A DNA stretch of 63,888 nt, counting the filler, from Octopus bimaculoides (Eukaryota): the NCBI RefSeq assembly GCF_001194135.2. It is 9 parts of 8 records of this genome, joined end to end, with 100 filler letters (N's around TTAATTAATTAA, not from the genome) between each part and the next. Parts side by side here need not be neighbours in the genome. Positions count along the whole stretch, not along the records: positions 42,511 to 49,663 come from NC_068984.1; positions 49,764 to 56,099 come from NC_068993.1; positions 56,200 to 58,118 come from NC_068986.1; positions 58,219 to 59,515 come from NW_026351163.1; positions 59,616 to 62,431 come from NC_068983.1; 4 more parts are not named here. The stretch is one strand, 5' to 3'. The translations under genes were made by a program, and so were the position numbers. Below, one piece after another: positions 49,200 through 62,431 of this stretch. The first letter of the stretch is position 1; the number at the start of each line of letters is the position of its first letter. The notes under the pieces were generated by a model. That model saw only the letters and a program-made list of their open reading frames with translations, was not told where the DNA came from and made no database searches.

Positions 49200-49395
49200 T
49201 GTTTGGTCCCAGATGAACCAACTTCACGGCAGGAGGCGCAGATGAGATCAGCTGCATCAAACTCTCTCCTGCACCAAAAGTCAATTCCTGAAGTAAAATT
49301 CATGAAGTAAAATTGTGTGACAACACCAAATGGCGGTGCCCCAGCATGGCCACAGCTCATGAGCTGAAACTAGATAAAATGAAATGAAAAAAATG
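49200..49395 (+). mobile_element. CR1-like LINE 3' end
   Basis: LVPDEPTSRQEAQMRSAASNSLLHQKS followed by GGCGGTGCCCCAGCATGGCCACAGCTCATGAGCTGAAACTAGATAAAATGAAATG. Confidence 0.7.
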
Positions 49396-50060
49396 AAATA
49401 TATGTATCCGTGTGTGCGTGTATATATACATACACATATGCATGCATAATATGAATATATTTATATAAGGGCATTACTATACAATAATGCCTCATGCTAT
49501 GAGGGACTCTCAGGTCAGACTACCATAAAAAGCACATTTTTACCAAACGCGAGGAAATGATGGATTTTTCCCCTTATGAGATTTTTTCACGCTAGCTACT
49601 TAATAAATTCTTGTATAAAAGAATTCGTCCTATTATTGAATTTTAATATGAATATATTTATATNNNNNNNNNNNNNNNNNNNNNNNNNNNNNNNNNNNNN
49701 NNNNNNNTTAATTAATTAANNNNNNNNNNNNNNNNNNNNNNNNNNNNNNNNNNNNNNNNNNNNCGCCAGTCAACGCTATAGAGCTCAGTGTAGTATATTA
49801 AGTGGGAATGCTGAAACCACTCTACAGCTATTGGCACGACGACGGTTGTTAGCAGAAACAGCTAACTGACCTAACATAGTTAACACATTTATATTACATA
49901 CTAACTAGTAACTAACTACCATCAACTGCTCTACCACCACCACCATCACCACCACCGCCACCACCAGCACCATCATCTTACACATCAAAACACATACACA
50001 CACACATACACACACACACGCTCACACTCTATCTATCTATCTATCTATTTATCTATCTCT

Positions 50061-50097
<37 letters not shown>

Positions 50098-50908
50098 ACA
50101 TACTTCTCTTATTACTCCATTTTTGCTCCCTTCCTTTCTATGTAAGCATATGTGTGTGCGTGTGCGCGCGCCAGCACTTTGTATGCACACACACACACAC
50201 ACACATACGTATACAGTTACACATATGCACATATGTATATCTATCCATATCAATACACACATGCGCACACACACACACACATACAAACACACATATATAT
50301 ATATATATNNNNNNNNNNNNNNNNNNNNNNNNNNNNNNNNNNNNNNNNNNNNNNNNNNNNNNNNNNNNNNNNNNNNNNNNNNNNNNNNNNNNNNNNNNNN
50401 NNNNNNNNNNNNNNNNNNNNNNNNNNNNNNNNNNNNNNNNNNNNNNNNNNNNNCTCTCTATCTGCAGGTATGTCTGTCCGCATGCATGCCTGTCTGTCTG
50501 TCTTACTCTAGTTTATATATCTACCTCTGTCTGTCTGACAAGCGAGGTTTAGCGCTGGTTTACCATAACTTCACGCCTTGTAAGGTGTTTCTTTGGATAG
50601 CACAAACTAGCAGCAAGTGCATTCCAGTAAACAGCCGCGGAGAGAGAGAGAGAGAGAGAGTATATGTATGTGTAGATATATATATGTCTGAGTGTGTATG
50701 TACGCGTATGTGTGTGTGTGTGCGCGCGCTTGTGTGTGTATTTGAGTTATTACAAGAATATTTAATGTGTAGTTTTATATAAATATATATACAAGTTTAT
50801 GTATATAAATTTATATGTGTGTGTGCCTGTGTATGTGTGTGTTTGTGGGTATGTTTGTATGTATAATATACTCGTATATAGCTCCGTGTTCGTATGTAAT
50901 GTGTGTCT

Positions 50909-50954
<46 letters not shown>

Positions 50955-50955
50955 C

Positions 50956-51162
50956 TACGAAAAGTTCCTGGCTTTAAGGATGTCGCGAAAGGCCTGGCTG
51001 GAGGCCCAAACTTCTGAGTTCTTTTACAGGGCTTAGAGAAGCTGATGTACTGTTGTAATAAGTGTGTGAATCTGAGAGGAGAATAAGTTGAATAAAATCA
51101 TAATTAACTGATCCTCCCGTATTTTCTTTTACCCAAAACCAGGAACTTTTCAGCACACTCTC
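50956..51162. mobile_element. mariner-type MITE inserted in an (AGAT)n array
   Basis: GAAAAGTTCCTGGCTTT versus AAACCAGGAACTTTTC inverted ends; (AGAT)n on both flanks. Confidence 0.7.
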
Positions 51163-51236
<74 letters not shown>

Positions 51237-51256
51237 GTAGATAGATAGATAGATAG

Positions 51257-52320
51257 CTGGACACAATATCGTGGACATAGTTAAGCACAATATTTTGGAC
51301 TTCGACACAATATTTTGGACGTATACTACAATATATTGTCCATGGCTTGATAATATGTTGAACATAGACCCAAAATATTTGAATGTTAAGTAATGGCTGA
51401 AAGAGTACGATCGCAAAAACAAGTGGCCGAAATGGGATTCCTCCAAAGGTCTCTGGAGTAAGCTTACTCAAAGTGTGGGTAACTCGGAGACAAGGAGTAT
51501 CTATTTCTAGGTCCAGCCGCTACTTCTCTGCATTGAGAGGTCACAGCTATGGTATTACAGACATGTGATTAGAACATCGCAGGAAAAATCGCAAGACGAT
51601 CTCTTGAAGCCGAGTCAAGCAGCAAAGATACCTAAGAGTAGACCAAGAACAAGATGGCTAAATAACATCCTTTGTATCAGTTGGTCACGCTTGGGAATGG
51701 CCGTTGCTTCTGATAGAATCCTATGGAGGAGGTACCGGAAAACTCTACACCGATGACCTTCCTAGGAATGGTGAACAGAAAAGATGGGTGGGTGGATGGA
51801 TGGATGGATGGATGGATGGATACGGTATCTTTGACAATTGGGTGCAATTTTTTGGACAAAGTCACAATACCTTGCACTTTTTCAGGAACAATATCTTGGT
51901 CATATAAACGATATCTTTGACATACTTTGACGCATTATATTATCCATTTTTAAACTCATTATTTTGGACACAATATGGCGGCGAGCTTGCGGAATCGTTT
52001 GCATAACAGACAAAACACTTAGCGGTGTTTTGTCCCTCTTTACGTTTTGAGTTCAAACGCCACCGGCGTCGACTTTGCCTTTCATCTTTTCAGGGACGAT
52101 AAAATAAGTACCAGTTGAATACTGGTGTCGATGTATTCGACTTAGCCACTTCTCAAAAATTGCCGGCTTTTTGCCAAAATTTGAAGCCAATATTTGGACA
52201 TAGTTGGACAATATTTTGGCCACAGATTACAATATCCTGTCCATCAAAATATGTTGGCCATAGATACGATATCTTTAACAAAATTAGACACAATATTCTG
52301 GATATATTTCGACACAAACA
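51257..52320. repeat. degenerate ~22-bp minisatellite (TTGGACATAG..CACAATAT) interrupted by an RTE end and a SINE
   Basis: roughly 15-20 diverged units in three blocks (51257-51390, 51835-51975, 52190-52320). Confidence 0.6.
51400..51820 (+). mobile_element. RTE-clade LINE 3' end with (GGAT)n tail
   Basis: VRSQKQVAEMGFLQR...LLLCIERSQLWYYRHVIR...KSRPRTRWLNNI...SDRILWRR. Confidence 0.75.
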
Positions 52321-53078
52321 CACACTGCCGTTTACGAGATACGAACCTACATTTTCAGTAGTAGGCTGACTCGATCATTGCTGCTGTAAAATACAACTAT
52401 GCGTGTGTGCGTGTGTGGTTTATTTTTTTTAGAAAGTCTCGAGATGTATGAGATGATAACCTTCAAAAATTTGCAAAAACAAAAAACAAAAAGCGAATTA
52501 ATTATGACATATATAATTAAAGATGAAGTAAAAAAAAAAATTGTAGAAATTGTTAAATTGAAGGAAGATTAGATAAAGTGATTAGCAAGGAAATAATGTG
52601 ATAGCCTTGACAGATGAAGCAACGTGTGTGTGTGTGTGTGTGTGTCTTGTACATGTATTTGTGTGAGAGTGTGTGTATAAATATATCTGTGAGTGTGTGC
52701 GAATATATTTGCGCGCGTGCGTGTGTGACTGAAAGATGTGTTAAAAAAGGTGTGTGGGTATTTATGTTTTGTAAATGTATTTCTGTGTGTGTGTATGTGT
52801 GTGTGTAAGCGTGTGCGGGAATAGGTTTGTGTATGAAAGAGACTTTAAAAGTAAATGTGTGTGTGTGTGTGTGTGCGTAGTGTGTAAGAGAGTGTGCGTA
52901 TATTTGTATGTGAGTATCTGTATGTGTGTGTGCGCTCGCGCGCGCGCGCGTGAATGTGTTTGTGTGTGTGTGCAAGTAAATATTTGTCAGTGGGAAGTTT
53001 TTAGAAGTTAAAGTGTGTGTTTATGGAAAGAGAGAGAGAGAGGGAGAGAGAGAGAGAGAGGGAGAGAGAGAAAGAGAA

Positions 53079-53149
<71 letters not shown>

Positions 53150-53164
53150 AAAAAAGAGAGAGAA

Positions 53165-53195
<31 letters not shown>

Positions 53196-53441
53196 TTTGA
53201 GAAATACATGGTTGTGTGTGTATGTGTATGTGTGTGTGTTAATGGGTGTTTGCTTGTGTATGCATGTGTGCTGTTATCATTTATCTGTTTGAGTATCTGT
53301 GTGTATGTGAAAGACAGAGAGAGAGAAAAGGGTACTTTTATATAAGTCTGTGTTGTGCGTGTGTCTCTATGTATGTGTGAAAGACTGTAATAGAGATGTA
53401 CGTATGTGGATGTACGTGTGAGAGGCTCCAGTGATAGATTA

Positions 53442-53480
<39 letters not shown>

Positions 53481-53585
53481 TGTGCGTTCATGAATGTATA
53501 ATCGCTTTATATGAAAAGAAAATCGCCATGTTTATGTGTGTGCATGTGTGAGTGTGGGACTTTAGAAGGGGAAAAATATATGTGA

Positions 53586-53676
53586 GAAGAAGAAGAATTG
53601 GAAGAAGAAGAAGAAGAAGAAGAAGAAGAAGAAGAAGAAGAAGAAGAAGAAGAAGAAGAAGAAGAAGAAGAAGAAG

Positions 53677-53706
<30 letters not shown>
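53586..53706. repeat. (GAA)n microsatellite within a ~6-kb microsatellite mosaic (52550-58118)
   Basis: direct inspection. Confidence 0.95.
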
Positions 53707-53707
<1 letters not shown>

Positions 53708-53924
53708 GAGAGAGAAAAGAGTTGTTTTTGAATATGAATGTATGCTAATGAGGGTATGTATGTATGTGTATATGTGTGTATGTGTGTATGTGTGAATGGT
53801 GGGGTTATATGTGTGTAGGATGTGTGTAGGGAGAAAACTTTAGGGAGAGACGGTTAGAGATGTATAGGTAATGAAAGATTTGGAAAAACAGTGGAAGTGA
53901 ATGAACAGGAAAGATTGAACAAAT

Positions 53925-53997
<73 letters not shown>

Positions 53998-55420
53998 CGA
54001 GATAGATAGATAGATAGATAGATAGATAGGTTTGTTGAAACAAATAGTTTGATAAGTGTTCTACTCGAAACTGTCAGCTTTTGAGTCACTTTTATAACTT
54101 CTGTTACTGCCGATTAAAAATTACACACACACGCATATACATGCACGGGCACCACACAACACATGGTGAAAAGGAGAGAGACTATATGAATGCGTATGTG
54201 AAGATTGTGTGTGTGCGTGTGTGTGTGTGTGTCCGACTGAGCGAAGAAGAAACAAATCTGTTTTAGAGTGTGTGATAATCAATGAGTTGTGGGGTACGTT
54301 ATAAGGTACGTTTATGTGATATCGTTTCCCGTGTACGTATGGGTTATGTATATATGCCTGTATGCATGCATGTAATGTATGCATACATGTATGTATGTAT
54401 GTATATATGTATGTACGTATGTATGAGCGCGAGTTTGTATGAGAAAGAGAAAGTATGTTTGTGATATCAATGTGTATATCTTTGTGTGTGTGTACTTGTG
54501 CTTTTGTGTATACGTATGCATATGTGAACGTATGTGTGTGAAAGAATGGGAGAGATTATACGTTTGCGATATCTGTGTGTGTGTCTGTGTGTTTGTGTGT
54601 GTTTCTGCGTGTATTTTTGTATGTGTGAGTGTATGATACATGTGTGTGTGTATGTGTGTGTGAGTGCGAGAAAGAGAGAGCGTGTGTGTGCGTGAAATTT
54701 TGTATGAATGGTTATACGTTTAACGTGTAAAGAGAGAAAGAAGGAAAGAGACGAGGGTAACATGAAAGAGAGAGAGAGAGAGGAGGAAGGAGAAGAAAGT
54801 AAGGGAGTGGAAACGGATAAGAAAGAAAGAAAGAAAGAAAGAATAAAGTTTAAAAGGGAGTCACTAGGAAATAATTAAGACTGTTGAAGATGGGAGAGGA
54901 TTATAAGAATGAAAAAATGAAAGAGGAAACCATAGGTGGAGAATGAGAGCAATATGGCTGTCAGATTGTGTGTGTGTGTATATGTACACGTATTGTTGTG
55001 TAAGGAATGTGTAGGTGAGTATGTATGCATGTATATATATGTATACGAGAATACATGTGCCTAAACAGAAATGTATGTGTATGTGTATGCGTGTGTGTGT
55101 TTCTGTGTACTTGTGTGTGTGTGTGTGTATTTTTGCGAGAACAGGTATGTGTGAGAAAGTACGTGTAAATATGTATGTATATGTGTTTAAAAGAATACGT
55201 CTATGCATACAGAAATGTGTGTGTGTGTGNNNNNNNNNNGTGTGTGTGTGTGTTATTTCCGTATGTATGGTAGTTCTGTATTCTTTGAGCTGCACTCGTT
55301 TGGAAAGTTATTTCATCAAAGATCTTGTGTTGAGACTAAAACAGTTTCATCGTGGTAGAGTGATTAAGAACAAACGCACATTGTTATATCACCTTCAGTA
55401 TGAATTTATTTTTATTATTA

Positions 55421-55490
<70 letters not shown>

Positions 55491-56199
55491 GGCGGTGAGC
55501 TGGCAGAATCGTTAGCACGCCGGGCAAAATGCTTAGCGGCATTTCGTCCGTCTTTACGTTCTGAGTTCAATTTCCGCCGAGGTCGACTTTGCCTTTCATA
55601 TTTTCGAGGTCGATAAATTAAGTATCAGTGAAACACTGGGATCGATGAAATCGACTCATCTCCTCTGGTAAATTGGTTGCCCTTGTGGCAAAATTTGAAG
55701 CCATTATTATTATTATTATTGAGTGAGAGACACTGGGGTAAAATATACGAAGCCCAGTATACCCATCATGACTACCCGTCTGATAAGGGTACACCAGGCA
55801 CATGCATCACAACCATATGTGCACGACATGGTGATCTCATATCAAGATAAACAGTGCATGACCTCGCAGGTGGGGCCCAGTTAGAATTTTCTTCAGGTCG
55901 AGTAGTCCATCCCGCTCAAAAGGTCCCTGAATAAGGTTTGTTTAAGGATGTTGAGCAAAACACCCATGTTTCCAAAAGTGAATTATTCAAACCCCAAAGA
56001 ATTCCTCTCAACACATGGCTATGATGCTCCCCCACTACTTCTGCTCATGATCAGAGATGCACATAACATCAGCCACCAAGGGACATGCTCAACTGGTTAN
56101 NNNNNNNNNNNNNNNNNNNNNNNNNNNNNNNNNNNNNNNNNNNTTAATTAATTAANNNNNNNNNNNNNNNNNNNNNNNNNNNNNNNNNNNNNNNNNNNN

Positions 56200-56244
<45 letters not shown>

Positions 56245-56662
56245 ATATATATACATATATTAATACATACACATATAAACATATGTATGTATGTATGTAT
56301 GTATATATGTATATATATATACATACACGCGTACATATATATACATATATATATATATACACACACATATAAACATATGTATGTATGTATGTACGTATGT
56401 ATGTATGTATGTATATATACACACGTAGATTAGCAGACACAAGAAAACAAGTAGACACAAGCAGACAACAAAAACAACAGCGACAGCAACAAGAAACAAA
56501 ACTTCGGCAAGAGCGAGCAATTACATCATCATCAGCAGCAGTAGCAGCAGCAGTAGCAGCAGCAACAGCAGCACCACCTGCAGCAGACAGAATGAACGAG
56601 AACAAGTCTTATAACAATGGGGAGGAAAATTAATAGCGAAGACAAAAAATAGTGACAGGTAA

Positions 56663-56703
<41 letters not shown>

Positions 56704-57053
56704 CAATATTTGTAAAAGAGGGAAGAGGAGGAAAACAAAGGAGGGGGGAGGAGGGGAGTAGGAGTAGAAGAAGAAGAAGAAGAAGAAGAAGTTCTGGAGA
56801 AAGAAAGGAAAAGAACAAGCAGAGAACAGCAACAGCAACAACTACAACAAGAAATATAATAAAAATATAGTAAAAATAGATGAAAGAAATGGAAAAGGAG
56901 AAACAAACATGATGAAAGAGTTGGAGAAGCGAAACAAAAGAAATAAAAGAAAAGAAAACGAAACAGAAAAAAAAAATTACAGTAAAACACGAATAAAAAC
57001 CTAGAGTTCATATAGCAGAAAATATACGAGAGAGAGATAGAGAGAAAGTAACA

Positions 57054-57139
<86 letters not shown>

Positions 57140-58218
57140 CATATATATGTATGTACAGTGGGGAAGAGTGCGAAGGGTAGAGAAAAATAAAATATATATT
57201 TATATGAAGGGAAAAAGGAAAAGAAAAATAAGATCGTTGAAGAAAAATAGCAAAAGAACGAACGAGACGATGGAATCTAAGAATGGAAAAGGGGAAATCT
57301 CCCTGCATGTTGTTTATAGGTTTCCAGGAATTTCTGGTGTTTCCCGCAGTAGGCTGCATAGATAGCGCATTGTGCACGTGGGATTAAACAGATAAGAGCA
57401 ACACATTGTTCATATAATCCAGCTGGATTGACTGATATCCATGTTGATTCATCTTGTTTGTCAAAAGTTGGCTTTAGAAAAAATAACAAAAACAAACAAA
57501 ACAAAAACGAAAGAACAAATACAGGGTAATAAATGGTTTGTGCTTGAGAAGAAGGTTGTAATGTGATGATGGATAGCAGTCCGAGGGGGTACGTACGTAT
57601 TTATGTATGTATGTATGTGTGTACGTATGTATGTGTGTATTTACGTACGTATGCATGCATGTATGTATATGTGCGTATCTATGAATATATGCGTGTATAT
57701 ATACATATATANNNNNNNNNNATATATATATATAAACACATACACAAATAAACACACGGACATATATACATACACATGAGAGTGTATATGTGCATCTGTA
57801 TGTATATGTATATGAGTACACTTTGGTGTGTGTACTCGTATAAATTATGGTGTCAAATTTTGCCACCAGGGCAGCAGTATTGGGGGAGAGTACAAGTCAC
57901 TTACATCGACCCTAGTGTTTCACTGGTACTTAATTTATCGACCCTGAAAGGGTGAAAGACAAAGTCGACCTCGGCGTAATCTTGTATGCGTATAAATAAA
58001 GATTTTCTTTGATACTTTTAATAGGGAAGTCGTAATCGCCCCCCCCCCACAAACACTCAAATTTGTATATATTATCTATATACGTATTTGCTTTATATAT
58101 ATATATGTATTTATATATNNNNNNNNNNNNNNNNNNNNNNNNNNNNNNNNNNNNNNNNNNNNTTAATTAATTAANNNNNNNNNNNNNNNNNNNNNNNNNN
58201 NNNNNNNNNNNNNNNNNN

Positions 58219-59339
58219 CAAATTAAAAAATTACATAGCACAATTAGAACTAAACAATACAATAGAAAATAATATAATACAAAATAAAGATAATAACACA
58301 TGCACCAATAATATACAATTAAAAATAAAACATAAAAATTATACGCAATATAATAAAAATTCTAAAAATAGTAAAACACAAAGAACTAAACATCAAAATA
58401 AACATCCTATGAATAATATACACTTCCTAAAATCATTAGATAAATACCAAAAATTACCTAAGTGGAGCTCAAATAGACAAATTATATGGTTTACACCTCC
58501 ATTTTCCTTAAAAGTTAAAGGCTTAGCAAAAAAATTTCTTAATATAATTAAAAAATGTTTCCCCACAGAACACAAGTATCACCACATATTCAATAGATCA
58601 TGTATTAAAATTTCTTTTTCCACAACACCAAACATAGGATCTATTATTGCCAGTTCAAATATACGAAAAATTCATATATATTAAAAAAACTACCATAATA
58701 ACAATAATGTTAATAATAGCAATAATAATGACATCGTAAATAGAAGTGCAAATAAATATAAGAATATAAATACGCAAACCCCTAATAATAATACTGATAT
58801 AATAAGACTGCAAAAACATAATAAATACCATATAACTGAAAAAAGACAAAATATATCAATAAACCCAATAATACAACCCAATAATAATAATTGCTCATGT
58901 AAAAATTAAAAAAATATGTCCTTTACAAGGAAATTGCAAAAGATTAAATATAATATATAAATGCATAGTAACAATAACTAATAACTCACATAAAATGGTA
59001 TACATAGGAAGCTCTATTAATTTTAAACAAAGATACCTGGCACATATACATTCATTTAAACCAAATATAAATAATAATACAACCTCACTAGCTACATATA
59101 TACAAAAACTTAATAAAAATAAAATTAATTATAAATTAGACTGGTCAATAATGGAGTCTGCTACACCATACACACATAAATCAAAATATTGTTGTTTATG
59201 CACAATAGAATCGCTGAATATATTATTATATAAACTAGATAACTTAATAAATAATAGATTGGATGCGATAACATCATGCAAACATAGATATTATAAAACC
59301 TTCAAATATTATAATAAATCCAAAAACAAGGTAAAATAA
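58219..59339 (+). mobile_element. Penelope-like element, RT thumb/linker plus C-terminal GIY-YIG endonuclease; one stop and one frameshift
   Basis: WFTPPFSLKVKGLAKKFLNIIKKCFPTEHKYHHIFNRSCIKISFSTTPNIGSII; CSCKN/KICPLQGNC..NIIYKC..VYIGSSINFKQRYLAH...CCLCTIE...LINNRLDAITSCKH. Confidence 0.9.
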
Positions 59340-60273
59340 AAAAAACACGTTTGTATTCTTAAGAACATATCTATATAAAAAGCACACATATTTGGGTGTA
59401 CATACATATATTTATATATACATGATTATAGGGGAAACTTTAGAGATATATATGCATGTTAAACATAGAGATTTAGTGGGGGAATTCTAATGATAACAAT
59501 TTACAATTAATGAATNNNNNNNNNNNNNNNNNNNNNNNNNNNNNNNNNNNNNNNNNNNNTTAATTAATTAANNNNNNNNNNNNNNNNNNNNNNNNNNNNN
59601 NNNNNNNNNNNNNNNTTTTGGTCACTTTTGCTATGAATTAAATTAATGAATTCAACGGGATACATTGTCTGCAAGTACTTGGGTTCAGCATATTATCCTC
59701 CATTTTCTAATTGTTATACAAATTTGGGGTAAAACCTCCACTTTTACCCGCTCCCATTGATTGCACTTAGTATAGCACTAGTGTAGCAATAATTGGGTAC
59801 CCTCCCAGCAGTATACTGGATAGATACTATCCCTTAGTGGGTTGAACCCCCAACCCCTAACTCTCTCACGTTATATATATATATATATACCTGCATACAA
59901 CATGCATATAAATATTCATACGCACTTATCAACATTTATTTTATAGAATATACACAGCAAACTACTCATATGCGTTTATGAGTAAACATATATTTGTTCT
60001 CCCACGCATACTATCCTACATACATCTAACTATAGCTAACGACATAAATAGTTACATCCGTAAAATATCACACCCGCATATATATCTCTGTTCTTCTTTC
60101 GTCTATCTTTTTTCCCCCTCTTCCGTCTACATTTTCTTTGGCACTTTACTTTCTTCCGTTCCATGTTTGCCAAAAATAAAGCGAAAGGAAAAAACATAAT
60201 ATTTTAAACTAATGAACACATACTATAGAATTCAAATCTACAATAGAATTTAATGTGTATGTAGACATACTGT

Positions 60274-60361
<88 letters not shown>

Positions 60362-61724
60362 CATACATATACACACACGAGCGCTCACACACACATATGC
60401 ACACACATTTATACATATATGTATAGAGAGAGGGGGAAAGCGAGAGATAAAGAAGGATAGAGAAGGAGAGCGAGAGAGGGGATTGAGAGGGAAGAGAAAG
60501 ATATAACGAGTGTGTGTATGTAGTTTTTAAGTATTTGGCGTCTGAGGTACTGTCTGGAGTTCTTCATTCAAATATCAACTAAAAACGATGAGTTTGGCAA
60601 ATACTGCACCAACGCCAGTACAAGTTGCACATTCCAAGAACACCTGATATTCGTGCTTCAAAGTATTGTCAGTACATTTTCTGATATCGTTAACAATCTA
60701 ATTGCGTTTTACATTAGCATTAGCGTCACTTACTATTGTAAACGACGATATATAAGATGTATATTTACAAGCGAAACTATTATGGATATCATGCATATTA
60801 ACAGAAAAACAGCGACAGGCATAAGACACAATTGATATATCTAAACAGAACGTTGTGAATATTTCGCAGATAGCAACTAGGAAACCATAGGTGGCGTTAA
60901 TAATTAATCACCTTTCTGCGATCAAATTATACTGTTACAGAATTGTGTATATAGCGTGTTTTTGATATAACTTCAAACCAAGAAAAGCCATTAACCAAGC
61001 ACACTCTCATACGATTTACTTTCGACCTGTCTTTGTTGATATATGTTGGACATGCAATGACTTTTTGCGTATTAACCAAGCAACAAGTCGCTAATTTCCT
61101 TCTAAGTGATTGTATTAATTCTTAGCAAGGGTATGTGTCCATCTTTTGGCAGCCTTTATTGTATTTCAGCTTTCTGTTAATAAGCTTAAATATTCTAACG
61201 AATGGAAAGAACTTGTACCTAATGGAAAGTTCATAGAAGGTTTAGACAATGACAGATGCCATGAAGATTTCGGGTGAAAATATATTTTGTTGAAGATGGC
61301 GCACCGTGATGCCATATAAAGATGGCTGGATTCAAAAATTCATTTAGCAGAGACAAATGGTTTCATAAAGTTGAACAGATCATTTTAAAAGAGAGAACAA
61401 AAGATTTACTTAGACTTCTCCATATATCACATATCCTAAGATATTTTTGATGTTACAAGTTGCGGTAACGAGACAAACCATTATTGCTGATGTAGCGTTT
61501 TATGTGGTGTGAGGTATTTTATATAATCCACATCCAATAACGCTAAGGTGTTCAGTAACAAACTAATTGCAACTTTTATGTCTGGGTATCGTGACTCTGG
61601 TATGATAGTGAAAAGAATTGCTACATATCCATTACATTACTCTGCGTCTGTAACCAATGGTAAAAGTACTCGACCGACGGCTGTTCCCTTTCAATATTCG
61701 ATTCAGTTTTATAAATATTAAAGT

Positions 61725-62392
61725 TGTTATGGCGATACATGCTCAGAGGCTTACGCAAAGTTGCAGAAGGTGTATGAGCCGCACACAAGTGCACGGAGGG
61801 GTTCAGACGTTTCCAAGATGGCCAATAAAATGTCGATATTGACGAAGGTTTTCGGAGACGCGCAACCATCAGAAGTGAGAAAAACATCGCAGACGTGCAT
61901 GTGGCTGTGAAGGAAATTCATTGATTCACTATTTATGAATTATCAGAGGATGCACAGATTAGTTACGGTTCAATTCAGTCCATTATCACTGAGGACCTGG
62001 GTATGAGACGCGTGTATGTCAACTTTTTACCAAAACTGCTTTCAACAGACCAAAAAGATACTCGGGTTTCAGTTGCACAAGATCTCCTTGACTGTGTCAA
62101 GAAGGATCAAAACTATTTGAAAACTTTGCGTACGCCTCTGAGCAAATGTCAAATGCTTTTTGCAAAATTTGAAGCAGTTCCCTGCTCAGCTTTCTCTGTC
62201 ATGGTCAACGCGACGATCGCACGCTACGCACCTCCTTTCCAAGCGCTGCTGTAAAGAGCGGAAGTGAGCTAGTATGGTTAATTTTAGTATGTATGCGCAG
62301 TAGAGGTTAAAGTCAACATGTGCCAAGCCGCTTTACACTGTGTACTTTAGTTTCGTTACTATGGCAACAGTCCGGATACTTATTGATCACAC

Positions 62393-62396
<4 letters not shown>
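61725..62396 (+). mobile_element. mariner-derived long-arm element, copy 3 (left arm truncated)
   Basis: same transposase relic and junction as copies 1 and 2; right TIR CCGGATACTTATTGATCACACTATG-TA. Confidence 0.85.

Positions 62397-62431
<35 letters not shown>

Noticed and set aside
51257-52320. CRISPR-like repeat/spacer appearance
   Set aside because: Repeats are degenerate, the variable parts are only about 5-12 nt, the context is eukaryotic and there are no cas genes
57385-57460. pre-miRNA-like hairpin around AATCCAGCTGGATT
   Set aside because: Manual folding gives short interrupted helices, not a continuous ~30-bp stem
59410-59450. SECIS element downstream of the Penelope-like ORF
   Set aside because: ATGA-to-AAA spacing and helix are too short, and the ORF has no in-frame TGA
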